Origin: Octopus sinensis
Lineage: Eukaryota
Length of the DNA: 64,000 bases
Direction of reading: 5' to 3'
NCBI RefSeq assembly: GCF_006345805.1
Contig: NW_021833729.1
Location: 1 to 64,000 of the forward strand
The notes under the pieces were generated by a model. That model saw only the letters and a list, made by a program, of their open reading frames with translations. It did not search any database and was not told the DNA's origin. Shown here piece by piece: positions 13,085 to 25,800 of the stretch. Numbering within the stretch: the stretch's first letter is position 1; every line of letters begins with the position of its first letter. Made by a program: the position numbers and the translations under genes.

Positions 13085-13410
13085 CTTACAGTTCATCCCA
13101 CTTATATAATAGTTTCACTTTAATAGTTTCAGTATTAAAGTGAAACCGTCTGACATTACAATACAGAGATGTTTTTGTTTCACTTTTGACACGTAATACT
13201 GAAATAGTGGAGAAAATATGATATTGCTCTGGGCTCGCCATAGTCAAGAAGTTAACATTTTTTGCCCATGACATTACATGAACCTTAAATAAAGCATGTG
13301 TAAAATTTGAATGAAATTGGTTGTGTAGTTCTCAGGTTTCAAGGGTTCACACTGACACACAGACACACAGACAGACACATATTCTCAGTTTTATATATCT
13401 ATATATCTAT
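13085..13410 (-). mobile_element. Helitron-like element 5' fragment
   Basis: The reverse complement (ATATAAAACTGAGAAT..GTCTGTCTG..GAGAACTAC..AACCAATTTCATTCAAATTTTACACATG) is homologous to 63373-63700. Confidence 0.5.
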
Positions 13411-13481
13411 ATCTATATATATATATTACGTTGTAACTGTATATAGATAGATAGACAGAAACATGCAAACGCACGCATATG

Positions 13482-13536
<55 letters not shown>

Positions 13537-14049
13537 ATAGGGAAAATTTACAAAAAGACAAAAGACGAAGACAGGTGGTGTAGACAACAAACAGACGTAT
13601 AAGTATAACTCTCGGGAAGTGAAAATGTCTTTAACGTTTCGAGCCTAAGCACTTACACACACACACACAGACACACACACACACACACACACACACAAAT
13701 ATATATATATGGAAAAGGTTGGAAGATGCAACGAAAATTTCAGGAACTGATAAATAAATGAGTGGAAATCGAACCGGTGAGTGTGTTAGATAATAAGGCA
13801 CTAAATGAGAATGACTATCACCAGACACTTTAATATACATTTTTTTATTCATTACATTAAACAATCTTTTGTATATCAATAGCTTTAAATAAACAGAAGA
13901 GTTCTTATATATCACCAATATAATTGTAATTTATAGTTTTATACACGTTCTATTACAGTTTCTCGATTAAGTGAGACCCTGATACTTAATTTAAATATAT
14001 ACGTACATACATACATACATACATACATACATACATGCATACATACATG

Positions 14050-14083
<34 letters not shown>

Positions 14084-14097
14084 TTTATATATATATT

Positions 14098-14616
14098 CAA
14101 GTGAATTGAATGTTGTGTGGATGTCGGTGTGAGTGTGTTCGCGTGTGTGTGTGTATTCATGAAAATAAAACCATTAATATGAGGTAACTCCATAATAGGA
14201 TGTCATTCGTAGAAACATAGATATATAGATTTGAGAATCAAAGGAAATCTATTTATTCATGCTCCATAAACTATAAACTTGATGTGACCGATAGCTTATA
14301 CAATTTCAGTTTTGGGGTGTGTTTTTTTTGCTAACGTCATTGTTATTTATTAATTTGCTTGACCTCAATATCCTATTCTGGTGAATAACTTTAACAATAA
14401 TGCAATTCTCAGAATTCGAAGTGTAAGGTATACGACACGTTAAAGTGACCCCTTTTGTGTTTTATTTGTTAGAAAATCTGAGTCATCGGCTTGTTCGTAC
14501 CATACATATATGTACTTTCATACAGGGGTTGCTGTGTCGTACGTATCTTCCTTACTAACCACATGGTTTCAGGTTCAGCCATACTGCGTTACACCTTGGG
14601 CAAGTGTCTTCTAAAA
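14098..14616 (+). repeat. Local direct duplication, copy 1 (copy 2 at 17206-17724)
   Basis: ~520 nt of high identity, including the same junction into a SINE-A head fragment. Confidence 0.9.
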
Positions 14617-14680
14617 TAGCCTCGGGCCGACCAAAGCCTTTTGAGTGGATTTGGCAGTCGGAAACTGAAGGAAACCCGTC

Positions 14681-14747
<67 letters not shown>

Positions 14748-14748
<1 letters not shown>

Positions 14749-15958
14749 GGGAAAGTGAAAAAAACGAAACTCGTCAATAAGACATTTTAGCAAAAAATGA
14801 TGGATTTGTATAGCGATAGACAGAACGCTATTAATATTGTTTAAAAAAACGTTATATGATATAACGTCATAAGTAGGTAACAGAAAGAGTAGGGATATTA
14901 ATAGTGAATGTTAAATATAAAGGAAATTAAAGTTTAAATTATATATAATGATAGAGACTACTTATAAGCGAATGAAGGCAGATAACCCTTATTTAATCCC
15001 CTATTATAGATCTAAAAGTAAATATAACACCTTCAAAAGTAATTACGCTATGAATACTAGTAAAAATATTTGGTTAATAATCCCTTACGGGAGACAAATT
15101 AAATCTAATCTCCCACTGCTGTTTCGTCAAGCTATTGCTAGGAATTTTCCAAACAATTCTAGATATTACTCTATAATTAATTCACATAAGGTTAGGATAG
15201 GTTTTTCAAACACAAAATATCTCTTGCAAATTATATCTTCTCATAATAACAAACTGTTAAATATTAATACATTTACTAATACTAACATTAATTTAGCTAA
15301 TACCATCCAACCCTCTAGAAATATTAATAACAAGGTTATTGTATCTGAAGTCAATTCCAATAGAATTAAGTTTATGTCAAGTAACTCTAAGGTTAAAAAT
15401 TCTATATACCAGTGTATAATCAGTACTCGTAATAAAGTACGATTTTACATTGGAAGCATATCGTTAGAGTTATCTAAAAGAATTTCTATCCATTACTCAA
15501 CATTTAGGGATAGAAATAAACGGAATAGTACCGGTCTCAGCAAACTGATTTGGGATTTAAAAGATCACAATGAACAATTTCATTTAGAATGGTTGATACT
15601 CTCAATTTCGATACCATATGACAAAGGCGAGAAATTCTGTCTTCTCTGCAATTCTGAGCTTCTAAAAATACTCTAGTAAACACGGTTATAGAGCGAGCAT
15701 ACAGATGTAAGCATTGGCAAAAACATACATTTAGTGCATATAAGTAGTCTCTATCATTATATATAATTTAAACTTTAATTTCCATTATATTTAACATTCA
15801 CTATTAATATCCCTACTCTTTCTGTTAGCTACTTATGACGTTATATCATAAAACGTTTTTGTAAACAATATTAATAGCGTTCTGTCTATCGCTATACAAA
15901 TCCATAATTTTTTTGCTAAAATGGCTTATTGACGAGTTTCGTTTTTTTCACTTTCCCG
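14748..15958 (+). mobile_element. 5'-truncated Penelope-like element with GIY-YIG ORF and inverted pseudo-LTR
   Basis: ORF 14948-15676: IWLIIPYGRQIK..., SIYQCII..FYIGS (GIY-YIG), NSTGLSKLIWDLK, PYDKGEKFCLLC. Arms 14748-14965 and 15740-15958 are inverted repeats. Confidence 0.85.
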
Positions 15959-16223
15959 AAGAGAAGATTGCATTGTTTATACCATTTATTCTTTTGAATA
16001 GTATCAGTGGAATTTTCGAAACATGTGTCGAAAGTAAAAATATTTGTTTACACCTGCGTTAACTCCATTTTTTATTCATATTATTCAAATATTCAACGTA
16101 AACACGAAGTTTCTACCTTTATAAACAAGGAGTTACAACACCTTTACTTGTGAGATTTTTGCTGCCCTGGTAACTATTTATTTATTTTTCCGTGTTAATT
16201 GTTAACAAGGTAAAAATACACTC

Positions 16224-16295
<72 letters not shown>

Positions 16296-16670
16296 TATAA
16301 CTCGCTCTGAGATTTATCATTGTTTGATTACACTTTTTCAATATCAGTGTCAATCGATACTGGAAGAAGTATATGTATTTGTGAAGGGAACCTACTTCTC
16401 ATCGACAACTATGATTGTCACACGCCGATGACGGGTCAATACCCTGAAACTTGAGTCCTTGTGTATCATAAGTTGAAGACGGGAAGGATGGCTTCCCTTT
16501 GCAAATACTGATAGGGCACAGAAAGTGTGTCTATAGCCAGCTGGAGGAGGTGTCCTCCTGGGGCTACAAACTACAGTAGCATCCACCCTTAGGGGTTAGC
16601 CATATTAAAATGGCAAATATACGTCACGATGTGTTGCTGCTACTGTTTATAACTCGCTCTGAGATTTATC

Positions 16671-16708
<38 letters not shown>

Positions 16709-17205
16709 GTTGTTGTTAAAACAGCAAAAGATTGTCTTTGACGCAAAGTTGTTTGAACTAATATTATTTGAGATATATAGAAATATGTTTCGACAGTTGT
16801 AGATTCTACTTAATTAATTTGCTCGTTATAATTTTGTTGCATTTGAATTGTAATTTGCTATGTAGTTGAAACATTAACGCTCACGCTCACAATACATAGG
16901 CATTTGAATTTTTTTTTTTCAATCTAGCCGCCCTTTCACATGAAATTTCGTCTATCTTTAAACCTTTAGCTCCGATGAGGCTTATATATGAATTGAATTG
17001 TTTGTATATAAAAAAAATGTATATTGGTCGAAACAAATTATTTTTTGTTTTTTATGATTTTAATGTCATGTTATTTTATATTCATAGTATATTATTTTAT
17101 ATTATAATGTAAATACATGGTTAGATTACCAGTTGTACCTCTCTAGTTAATTTATTGATTGTAAAATACTTAATACACATATCTATGTGGAATTCAACTG
17201 ACGTA

Positions 17206-17890
17206 CAAGTGAATTGAATGTTGTGTGGGTGTCGGTGTGAGTGGGTTCGCCTTGTGTGTGTATTCATGAAAATAGAACCATTAGTATGAGGTAACTCCAT
17301 AATAGGATGTCATTCGTATAAACATAGATATATAGATTTGAGAATCAAAGAAAATCTATTTATTCATGCTCCATAAATTATAAACATGATATGACCGATA
17401 GCTTATACAATTGCAGTTTTGGGGTGTGTTTTTTTTGCTAACGTCATTGTTAATTATTAATTTGCTTGACCACAATATCCTATTCTGGTGAATAATTTTA
17501 ACAATAATGCAATTCTCAGAATTCGAAGTGTAAGGTATACGACGGGTTAAAGTGACCTCTTTTGTGTTTTATTTGTTAGAAAATCTTGAGTCATCGGCTT
17601 ATTCGTACCATACATATATGTACTTTCATACAGGGGTTGCTGTGTTGTACGTATCTTCCTTACTAACCACATGGTTTCAGGTTCAGCCCCACTGCGTTAC
17701 ACCTTGGGAAAGTGTCTTCTAAAAAATGCCTGTGAGCTTACATCGCTGCAACTTAGCAGTTCGGCGAAACAGACCGATAGGATAAGTACTAGGCTTACAA
17801 GAATAAGTTCTGGGGTCGATTTATCCGACGAAAGGCGGTGCTCCAGCAAGGCCACAGTCAAATGACTGAAACAGGAAAGAGAATAAAAGA
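17206..17890 (+). repeat. Local duplication copy 2 running into a SINE-A fragment
   Basis: Matches 14098-14616, then a SINE-A 3' half (GACCGATAG..AAGGCGGTGCTCCAGC..AAATGACTGAAAC). Confidence 0.8.
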
Positions 17891-18094
17891 ATATGTATAT
17901 GAAATAAAACTTTTATGGAACAGTGAATCTCGTAGAAAGTTTTTTAATCCAATATTTAAATAGTATTATTTATAGCTCTACGTTATTCGAGATCCACTTC
18001 TTCAGAAACATAATTCTTCCCCACCCACATAGATTGTATATGTGATTTGGACCACCAAGAGCTGCAGTTAAATTCTGATCTTTATTTATCTAAC

Positions 18095-18190
<96 letters not shown>

Positions 18191-18191
<1 letters not shown>

Positions 18192-18830
18192 TCTTTATTA
18201 GCCACGCAAGGCCGAACACAGAGGGGATAATACAATGTAGAACTTTTCTTTTCTAAAGAAGGAAAGAAAAGAAGAAAGAAAGAAAGGAAGGAAGAATAAA
18301 CGAATGAATGAATGGAAGAAAAGGAGAAAGAAAAAAAGGAAGGAAGGAAGAAGGACAGAAAAGACGGAAAGAAAAATGAAAGAAAGAAAGAAAAAAGAAA
18401 GAAAATCAATCAAAAGGGATCGAAAGCGTTTTGAACGTGTAAAAAGCAAAATAAGGTGGGGTAAAAATGTAAGACAGATTAGGTTTATCCGTGGAAAGAA
18501 AAGCCTTCGGTAACCTCAATCAGGGAAAGTAACACATGAGAACATAGCTCTCTCTCTCTCTCTTTAGGATTTATAGGATCATGATTAAAGTGGTTTCGTC
18601 ATTCCCGCGTACCATCTTTGCTACATTCACCCACCTTTTTTGAGACAAAAGTTCCCTCTCTATTCTCATCTTCCTTTTCAAGTGGTACTTGAAAAAGTTG
18701 ATGAGCGATAGGCCAGAGAGGAAAGTGTTTGACTCTAAACCTTCTGCACGTGAGCCTGGCTAGGCTTTAAAAGGGCGCATGTCTTATTTATTTTCTGGGA
18801 GTTTTAGAACGATCGACAGTTAGTTCTCTC
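18191..18830 (-). mobile_element. L1/Tx1-like LINE 3' end with (ATCT)n tail
   Basis: Minus strand LINFFKYHLKRKMRIERELLSQKRWVNVAK; the 3' UTR recurs at ~46808-47060; (GATA)n at 18095-18190 abuts the end. Clade assignment is tentative. Confidence 0.5.
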
Positions 18831-19146
18831 TTCTTTCTCCAACCCCTGGTACTTATTCGCCTTCTTTCATAGTTTTTCATGCCTTTTAGTTCGGAGGAAA
18901 AAAAAACAAAGTCTTTTTTAATATTTTTTCTGGCACGTTTAACGTTTCCTCTACAAACTACAAACAAGCTCCCCCGCTACCTTCCTTTTTTTTCTTTCTC
19001 ATACAAAAACTAATGTTTAATACACTTGCTTTCTCTGTCTCTCCCTGTCCGATGTATGTATGTATGTATGTATATATCTACCTACCTATTTATCTATCTT
19101 TACAAACACGCATGTAAACACACAAATACACACAAATACACAAAGA

Positions 19147-19182
<36 letters not shown>

Positions 19183-20586
19183 TGTTGCAGGAGAATGCTA
19201 TCGTTTATTTTTCCTTTGCAATGCTTAACTGTATTTATGTATAAATGTGCTACTGTGCGTTCCTATGTTGTCTGCTTAGCCACATACGAGAAAATATCCG
19301 AAATCCCTTTACAGGACCTTAAAGACTTGTGACAAGTATGGAAGACGATATCCTCAAATCACGAACTCGTTAAAGCCCGTAGGACCGACCGGCCGTCCAA
19401 ATCAGGCAATTTAACTGAGTGCTTGCTACAAATTGAACATTTTCGCACGATGACAAGATTAGTATACAGGTAGAGTGAAAATGGAGAGTGGAGGAATGGT
19501 TAGCACACTGGGAAAAATGCTTCGCAGCATTTCGTCTGTTTTTACATTCTATGTTCAAATCCATTCGAGGTCGACTACTTTTTGGGGTTGATGAAATAAG
19601 AAGCAGTTGAGCACTGGGTTTAAAGTAATCGAAAAGAGTAGAGTAAAGGGCGATACAATACAATAAAAACGATGTTACATAAAATTGTGTAAACAATAAA
19701 ATATCAAATACAGAGAAACAAAATATTTAAATTTTTTATAATTCCTCAAACGCAAGTAGAACTCGGAGAGCTACATGTGGAAATACCATAAAACTGTAAT
19801 CATTCTAACCAATGGGGCAACCCCACCTCCCTATCTACCTTTTTCAGTTACAGGCATCCTCAAAGCAAGCTTGTTTAATGGACCATCAGTACAAACTCCT
19901 TAGCCAACACCAATTCCAACTTTTTGAGAGCAGCCTTTAGCAGAGTTTGGGCCGAAGATTGGCCCACCTCATTTACGTCCTTTCTCGGCAGTTCAACCGC
20001 TCTTCATCTCACCAAACTGAGGTGTTTTCGTTTTTGCTGTCAGTTGGTCTGGACATCTATCAAGAGGTCGGCGACAAAATTTGGTGTATAAAATTAAAGC
20101 CCGTAGGACCAAACGTCCAAATCAGGCAATTTAACCCCCCATCTGCGTACTTCCAGCCATTGCTTCCCATATTTTATCAGCTATTATTACCTTTACGCAA
20201 CACTCTGCCTTCCCCCTCCATGAAGTGCGGCAGGTTGTCGAAGGGAACAGTGTAATCTATTCTGTAATCCGGTCCGTTATGTGTCCCCAAAATCGAGCTG
20301 AAAAACCGTACACATCTACTTGAGATCGTATAACATGTATTTGACATGAAGTACCAAAAATCGAATTGTGTCTTTGTGGCCACGTTGCGTGTCCGTTACT
20401 CGACCCCATTGAACAGCTTCCTTTCATTTGTGCCCCAGAGCACATCCCTTAGCCGTGACGATGCAGCCTCCGTGCTTCACGTTAAAGAATTGGTCAAGGG
20501 CATCTCATTAGAAGCACACCATTTCTAAGTTTCTTATCAGATTCACTCTGCTCTATTTTTTCTATATATTGTTACACGTCACCAAT

Positions 20587-21160
20587 TGTTGTAGTATCGT
20601 CGCTATTGATATATGATAGTTGTTTACACGATAACCGCGTAGTAACAATAAAATATATAACGAAGCTGGGTAACAACAACGTAACGATCCAAGAAACTCT
20701 CCATGAACTATACACGAAACAACAACCGATACCTTACGACTTGATTAACCAAACGATACCTTTTAATGGAAGCACTCCGTCGGTTACGACGATGAGGGTT
20801 CCGGTTGATCCGATCAACGGAACAAGAGTGACAAGGCCGGCCCTTTGAAATACAGGTACAACAGAAACAGGAGGAAAAGAGTGAGAGAAAGTTGTGGTGA
20901 AAGAGTACAGCAGGGATCGCCTCGTGGAGCTTTTAGGTGTTTTCGCTCAATAAACACTCACAACGCCCGGTCTGGGAATCGAAACCGCGATCCTATAACC
21001 GCGAGTCCGCTGCCCTAACCACTGGGCCATTGCGCCTCCATAAACGATAGCTTACGACTTGATTAACGCCCACTCTCTGTCTCTCACTCAGACCGCTGCT
21101 ATTTATAGTCATTCAGTCAAGTCTATTCTCGCAGGGAGTGTCGTGACTCTCGCCACAACA
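20587..21160 (-). mobile_element. LTR (TGTTGT...ACAACA) of a Gypsy-type element, interrupted by a SINE
   Basis: Terminal TGTTG/CAACA, internal TATAAA, followed on the minus strand by AT-TGGTGACG (PBS-like, 20577-20584) and preceded by purine-rich ACGAGAGA. Confidence 0.65.
20761..21040 (-). mobile_element. tRNA-derived SINE family C inserted in the LTR
   Basis: Head TGGAGGCGCAATGGCCCAGTGGTTAGGGC..GGTTTCGATTCCC (A/B boxes); duplicated flank CGATA(C/G)CTTACGACTTGATTAAC; related copies at ~38062 and ~41335. Confidence 0.8.
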
Positions 21161-21216
21161 TCTCTCGTTATGAGATTTCGACTTTCATAGGAAACGAAAT
21201 TTATTTTACTATTTTT

Positions 21217-21247
<31 letters not shown>

Positions 21248-21299
21248 CTCTCTCTCTCTTTCTTTCCTTCTTTCTTTCTTCCTTCCTTTCTTTTTTTTT

Positions 21300-21301
21300 A
21301 C

Positions 21302-21342
<41 letters not shown>

Positions 21343-21540
21343 AATTATTGTATACAGTGTTCAGGTGCCCCACAACTTGTCAGAAAGTGCATATAAAGCA
21401 TATGCAGTAATGTAAAAATGTCTGGAAAACGAACAATGTATGAGTCAGATACATGCTTGTGTGTGTATGGAGGGGAGAAAATCAGGTGTAGTGTTGGCGA
21501 ATCTCAGAAAGCATGGAAGTTTTGAAGGATGCAGTGCTCT
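21300..21540 (-). mobile_element. LINE 3' end with (ATT)n tail
   Basis: Non-repetitive segment ending in an (AAT)n tract, separating the Gypsy internal region from the LTR; clade uncertain. Confidence 0.4.
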
Positions 21541-21559
21541 CCCTTCTTTGAAATTTTGC

Positions 21560-22865
21560 TTCCCTAAGTTCAGTGCCTTTTCGCTTGGGAATTATATATG
21601 AATGTTGAGTCTGTTTACGCTTTCTGTTTCTGCTCCTTTTAGGCCCAATTTATTTTGATGCTGGCACATTGGACATATGATAAAACACTTCCACTGGAAT
21701 TTCCTTCACTTCTTCTGCATGTCTGATTTTTAATTGATTTAGGTGTCGTTTACCTTTTATTAAATACACCATGTTTCCATTCTTTTAGTCTTGCCATCCT
21801 GCCAACTTTCTTTACCATTCTTGTATACTTTGAAAGGGGCTTACACTATGAAATTCCTGTAATATCTGTTTCTGTAGTGCGGGTGGTACTACCACTTTTC
21901 GTGCGTAAATTAATACATTGTCGAAGAATGAAAAATGGTTCGCATTCGTGTTTCCCTTTTGTTTAGTTTTCAAGGTTTCTTTCATTTTTAAGACGTATTT
22001 GCCCTCTGCTGTTTTACTTTTCATATCTTGTACAGTCACTGGCAACTCCTGAATGACATTACGCATAACGTTTTTAACTTCCTATTCTGATTTAATGCGG
22101 CTATCACCATATCTTCTAGCGGTTCCGCATTCTCCGGAATTCGCCCAGATAAACAATCCGCATGGCTAATTTTTTTAGAAGGAATGTATTCCATCTTAAA
22201 GTTGTAATTTAACAATATTGTACCCCTACATATTAATCTGTTAGCTGTATGAGTAGCAATACCTGTCTTCGATCCGAAAATTGATAGTAAGGATCGGTGG
22301 TCCGTCTAGAGCCGAAAACGTCTACCGTGGAGAAGTCTACGAAATTTCTTCACGGCAAAAATGATCGCTAGAGTTTTATTCTCTTTCTGACTGTAGTTTT
22401 TTTTCTGCTGCAATCAGAGCACGTGAGGCAAGAACTACCACCTTCATATTACCGACTTTATACTTGCGTAAAAAAACTGATCCTACACCGTATTCAGAAG
22501 CGGCAGAAGCTACAACAAACGCCGCTGCAGGATCGAAATGAGCCAGCAACAAAAAATCCTGAAACGCCATTTGACACTTATTTGACCAATTCCATTTGAC
22601 GTCGTTCTTTAGAAAATTATAAAGTGGAGCACTCAATTCAAACATGTTTGGTATGTAATTTGGTAGGCCAAGAAAAGCTTGTAATGTCCCTATGTTAGTT
22701 GGAGGAAGCTTATTTTTTAATTGCGTCTACCTTCGACGGGTCAGGTCGTCCTCCATTTTTATCTATAATTTGTCCTGAATTGCAAATTGAAAGTCCACCA
22801 ACATCGTATCCAGAACCTGCTGAAATATTGCAGGTGCAACTTTCAGACCAAATGGCAACCACCGA
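21560..22865 (-). mobile_element. Ty3/Gypsy pol remnant (RT C-terminal half, RNase H, partial integrase)
   Basis: LPFGLKVAPAIFQQ, LQAFLGLPNY, LAHFDP..VVASAASEYGVGSVF, TDHRSLLSIFG, HADCLS, VVVPPALQKQILQEFH; internal deletions and frameshifts. Confidence 0.9.
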
Positions 22866-22870
22866 ATAAA

Positions 22871-25800
22871 ATCACCACAGCCACCACCGCCACCGCCAAC
22901 AACGCCACCGCCACCACCATATCCCTCACCACCACCATAGCCACCGCCATCACCTCCGCCACCACCATTATAGCCACCGACCACACCTCCACAACCACCA
23001 TAGCCACATTCACCACCGCCACCCTCACCACAGCCATTACCGCCACCGCCGACAACGCCACCGCCCCAACCACATCCACCACATCCACCACCACCACCAT
23101 AGCCACCGCCATCACCTCCGCCACCACCATTATAGCCACCGACCACACCTCCACAACAACCATAGCCACATTAACAACCGCCACCCTCACCACAGCCATT
23201 ACCGCCACCGCCGACAAAGCCACCGCCCCAACCACATCCACCACATCCACCACATCCACCACCACCACAATAGCCACCGTCAACACCGCCACCATCACCA
23301 CAGCAACCACGGCCACCGCCAACAACGCCACCGCGACCACCACATCCACCACCACCACCAGAGCCAACACCCCACCTCCACCACCACCATAGCCACCGTC
23401 ACCACCGCCACCATCACCGCAGCCACCACCGCCACCGCCAACAACGCCACTACCACATCCACCACCACAACAATAACCACCGCCCCAACCTCCACCACCA
23501 TCTTGGCCACCGTCACCACCGCCACTATCACCACAGCCACCACCGCCACCGCCAACAACGCCACCGCCATCGACACCTCCACCACCACAACCATAGCCAA
23601 CGCCCCCACCACCACAACCACCACAGCCACCACCGCCACCGCCAGCACCACGTCAACTTCACTACCATAGCCACCGCCCCCAACTCCACCATCACCACAG
23701 CCTCCACCGCCACCGCCAAAAACCCCACCGCCACCACCACATCTCTCAACACCACCATAGCCACCGCCAACACCTCCACAAACCACAACTATAGCCACCG
23801 ACCCTCCTCCCCCACCACCATAGCCACATTCACCACTGCCACCCTCACCACAGCCATTACCGCCACCGCCGACAACGCCACCGCCCCAACCATATCCACC
23901 ACATCCACCACCACCACCACCACAGCCGTCTCCCCCACCTCCACCACCACCATAGCCACCGTCACCACCACCACCATCACAACAGCCACCACAGCCACCG
24001 CCAACAACGCCAACGCCCCCACCTCCACCAACACCATAGCCAACGTCACCAACGCCACCATCACCGCAGCCACCACCGCCACCGCCAACAACAATAACCA
24101 CCGCCCAACCTCCACCACCATCTTGGCCACCGTCACCACCGCCACTATCACCACCGCCACCGTCAACAACGCCACCGCCATCGACACATCCACCACCACC
24201 ATATTCACCGTCACCACCGCCACCATCACCGCAGCCACCACACCCACCGCCAACAACGCCACCCTCACCACCACATTCACCACCACCACCACCATAGCCA
24301 CCGCCCCCTACTTCACCACCACCATAGCCATCGCCCCCACCTCCACCGCCACCATTGGCACCGTCATCCCCGACACCGTCACGACATCGCCACCTCCACC
24401 GCCAACAACGCCACCGCCACCACCACCTCCACCACAACCACCATAGCCACCACCCCCACCTCCACCACCACCATAGCCACCGTCACCACCACCACCATCA
24501 CCACAGCCACCACCGCCACCGCCAACAACGCCTCCGCCACCACCACATCCACCACCACCACCATAGCCACCGCCCCCACCTCCACCACCACCAGAGCCAC
24601 CATCACCATTGGTGGTGGCGGTGGTGGCTGTGGTGATGGTGGCGGTGGTAACGGTGGCTATGTTGAAGGTGGCGGTGGTGGCGCCAACAACGCCACCGCC
24701 ACTACCACATACACCACCAACACCATAGCCAGCGCACCCACCTCCACCACCACCATAGCCACCGCCACCAACACCACAGCCACCACCGCCACCGCCAACA
24801 ACGCCACCGCCACAACCACATCCACCACTATCACCATAGCCACGGCCCCCACCTCCACCACTACAATAGCCACCGTCACCACCGCCACCATCATCACAGC
24901 CACAACCGCCACCGCCAACAACGCCACCGCCACCACCACCGCCACCACCACCACCATAGCCACCAACCCCACCCACCACCATAGCAACCGCCCCCACCTC
25001 CACCACCACCACAGCCACCACCGCCACCGCCAACAACGCCACCGCCGCCACCACATCCACCAACACCACCATAGTCACCGCCCCCACCTCCACCACCACC
25101 ATAGCCACCGCCCCCACCTCCACCATCACCACAGCCACCACCGCCACCACCAACAACGCCACCGCCACCACCACATGCACCACCACCAACAACGCCACCG
25201 CCACCCCCACATCCACCACCACCACCATAGCCACCGCCCCCACCTCCACCACCACCATAGCCACCGTCACCACCGCCACCATCATCACAGCCACCACCGC
25301 CACCGCCAACAACGCCACCGCCACCACCTCATCTACCACCACCACCACCATAGCCACCGCCCCCACTTCCAACACCACCATAGCCACCGTCACCACCACC
25401 ACCATCACCACCGCCACCACCGCCAACGCCAACAACGCGACCGCCCCCACCTCATCTACCACCACCACCATAGCCACCGCCCCCACCTCCACCACCACCA
25501 TAGCCACCATCACCACCGCAATCATCACCACAGCCTCCACCGCCACCGCCAACAACGCCACCGCCACGACCACATCCACCACCACCATAGCCACCGCCCC
25601 CACCTCCACCACCACCATAGCCACCGCCCCCACCTCCACCACCACCATAGCCACCATCACCACCGCAATCATCACCACAGCCTCCACCGCCACCGCCAAC
25701 AACGCCACCGCCTCGACCACATCCACCACCACCACCATAGCTACCGCCCTCAACTCCACCACCACCACCACATCCACCACCACCACATCCACCACCACCA

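Noticed and set aside
15985-16035. CTTTTGA...GAAACATGTGTC next to the Penelope arm
   Set aside because: Two core mismatches and no stems I or II.
16972-17050. CCGATGA...GGTCGAAAC hammerhead-like motif
   Set aside because: Stem I cannot form and the core deviates; at most a decayed remnant.
17975-18010. Minus-strand CTGAAGA...CTCGAATAACG
   Set aside because: GAAA is mutated to GAAT and stem II is weak.
19800-20560. Possible gag or hAT coding remnant
   Set aside because: No recognisable motif in a consistent frame by eye.
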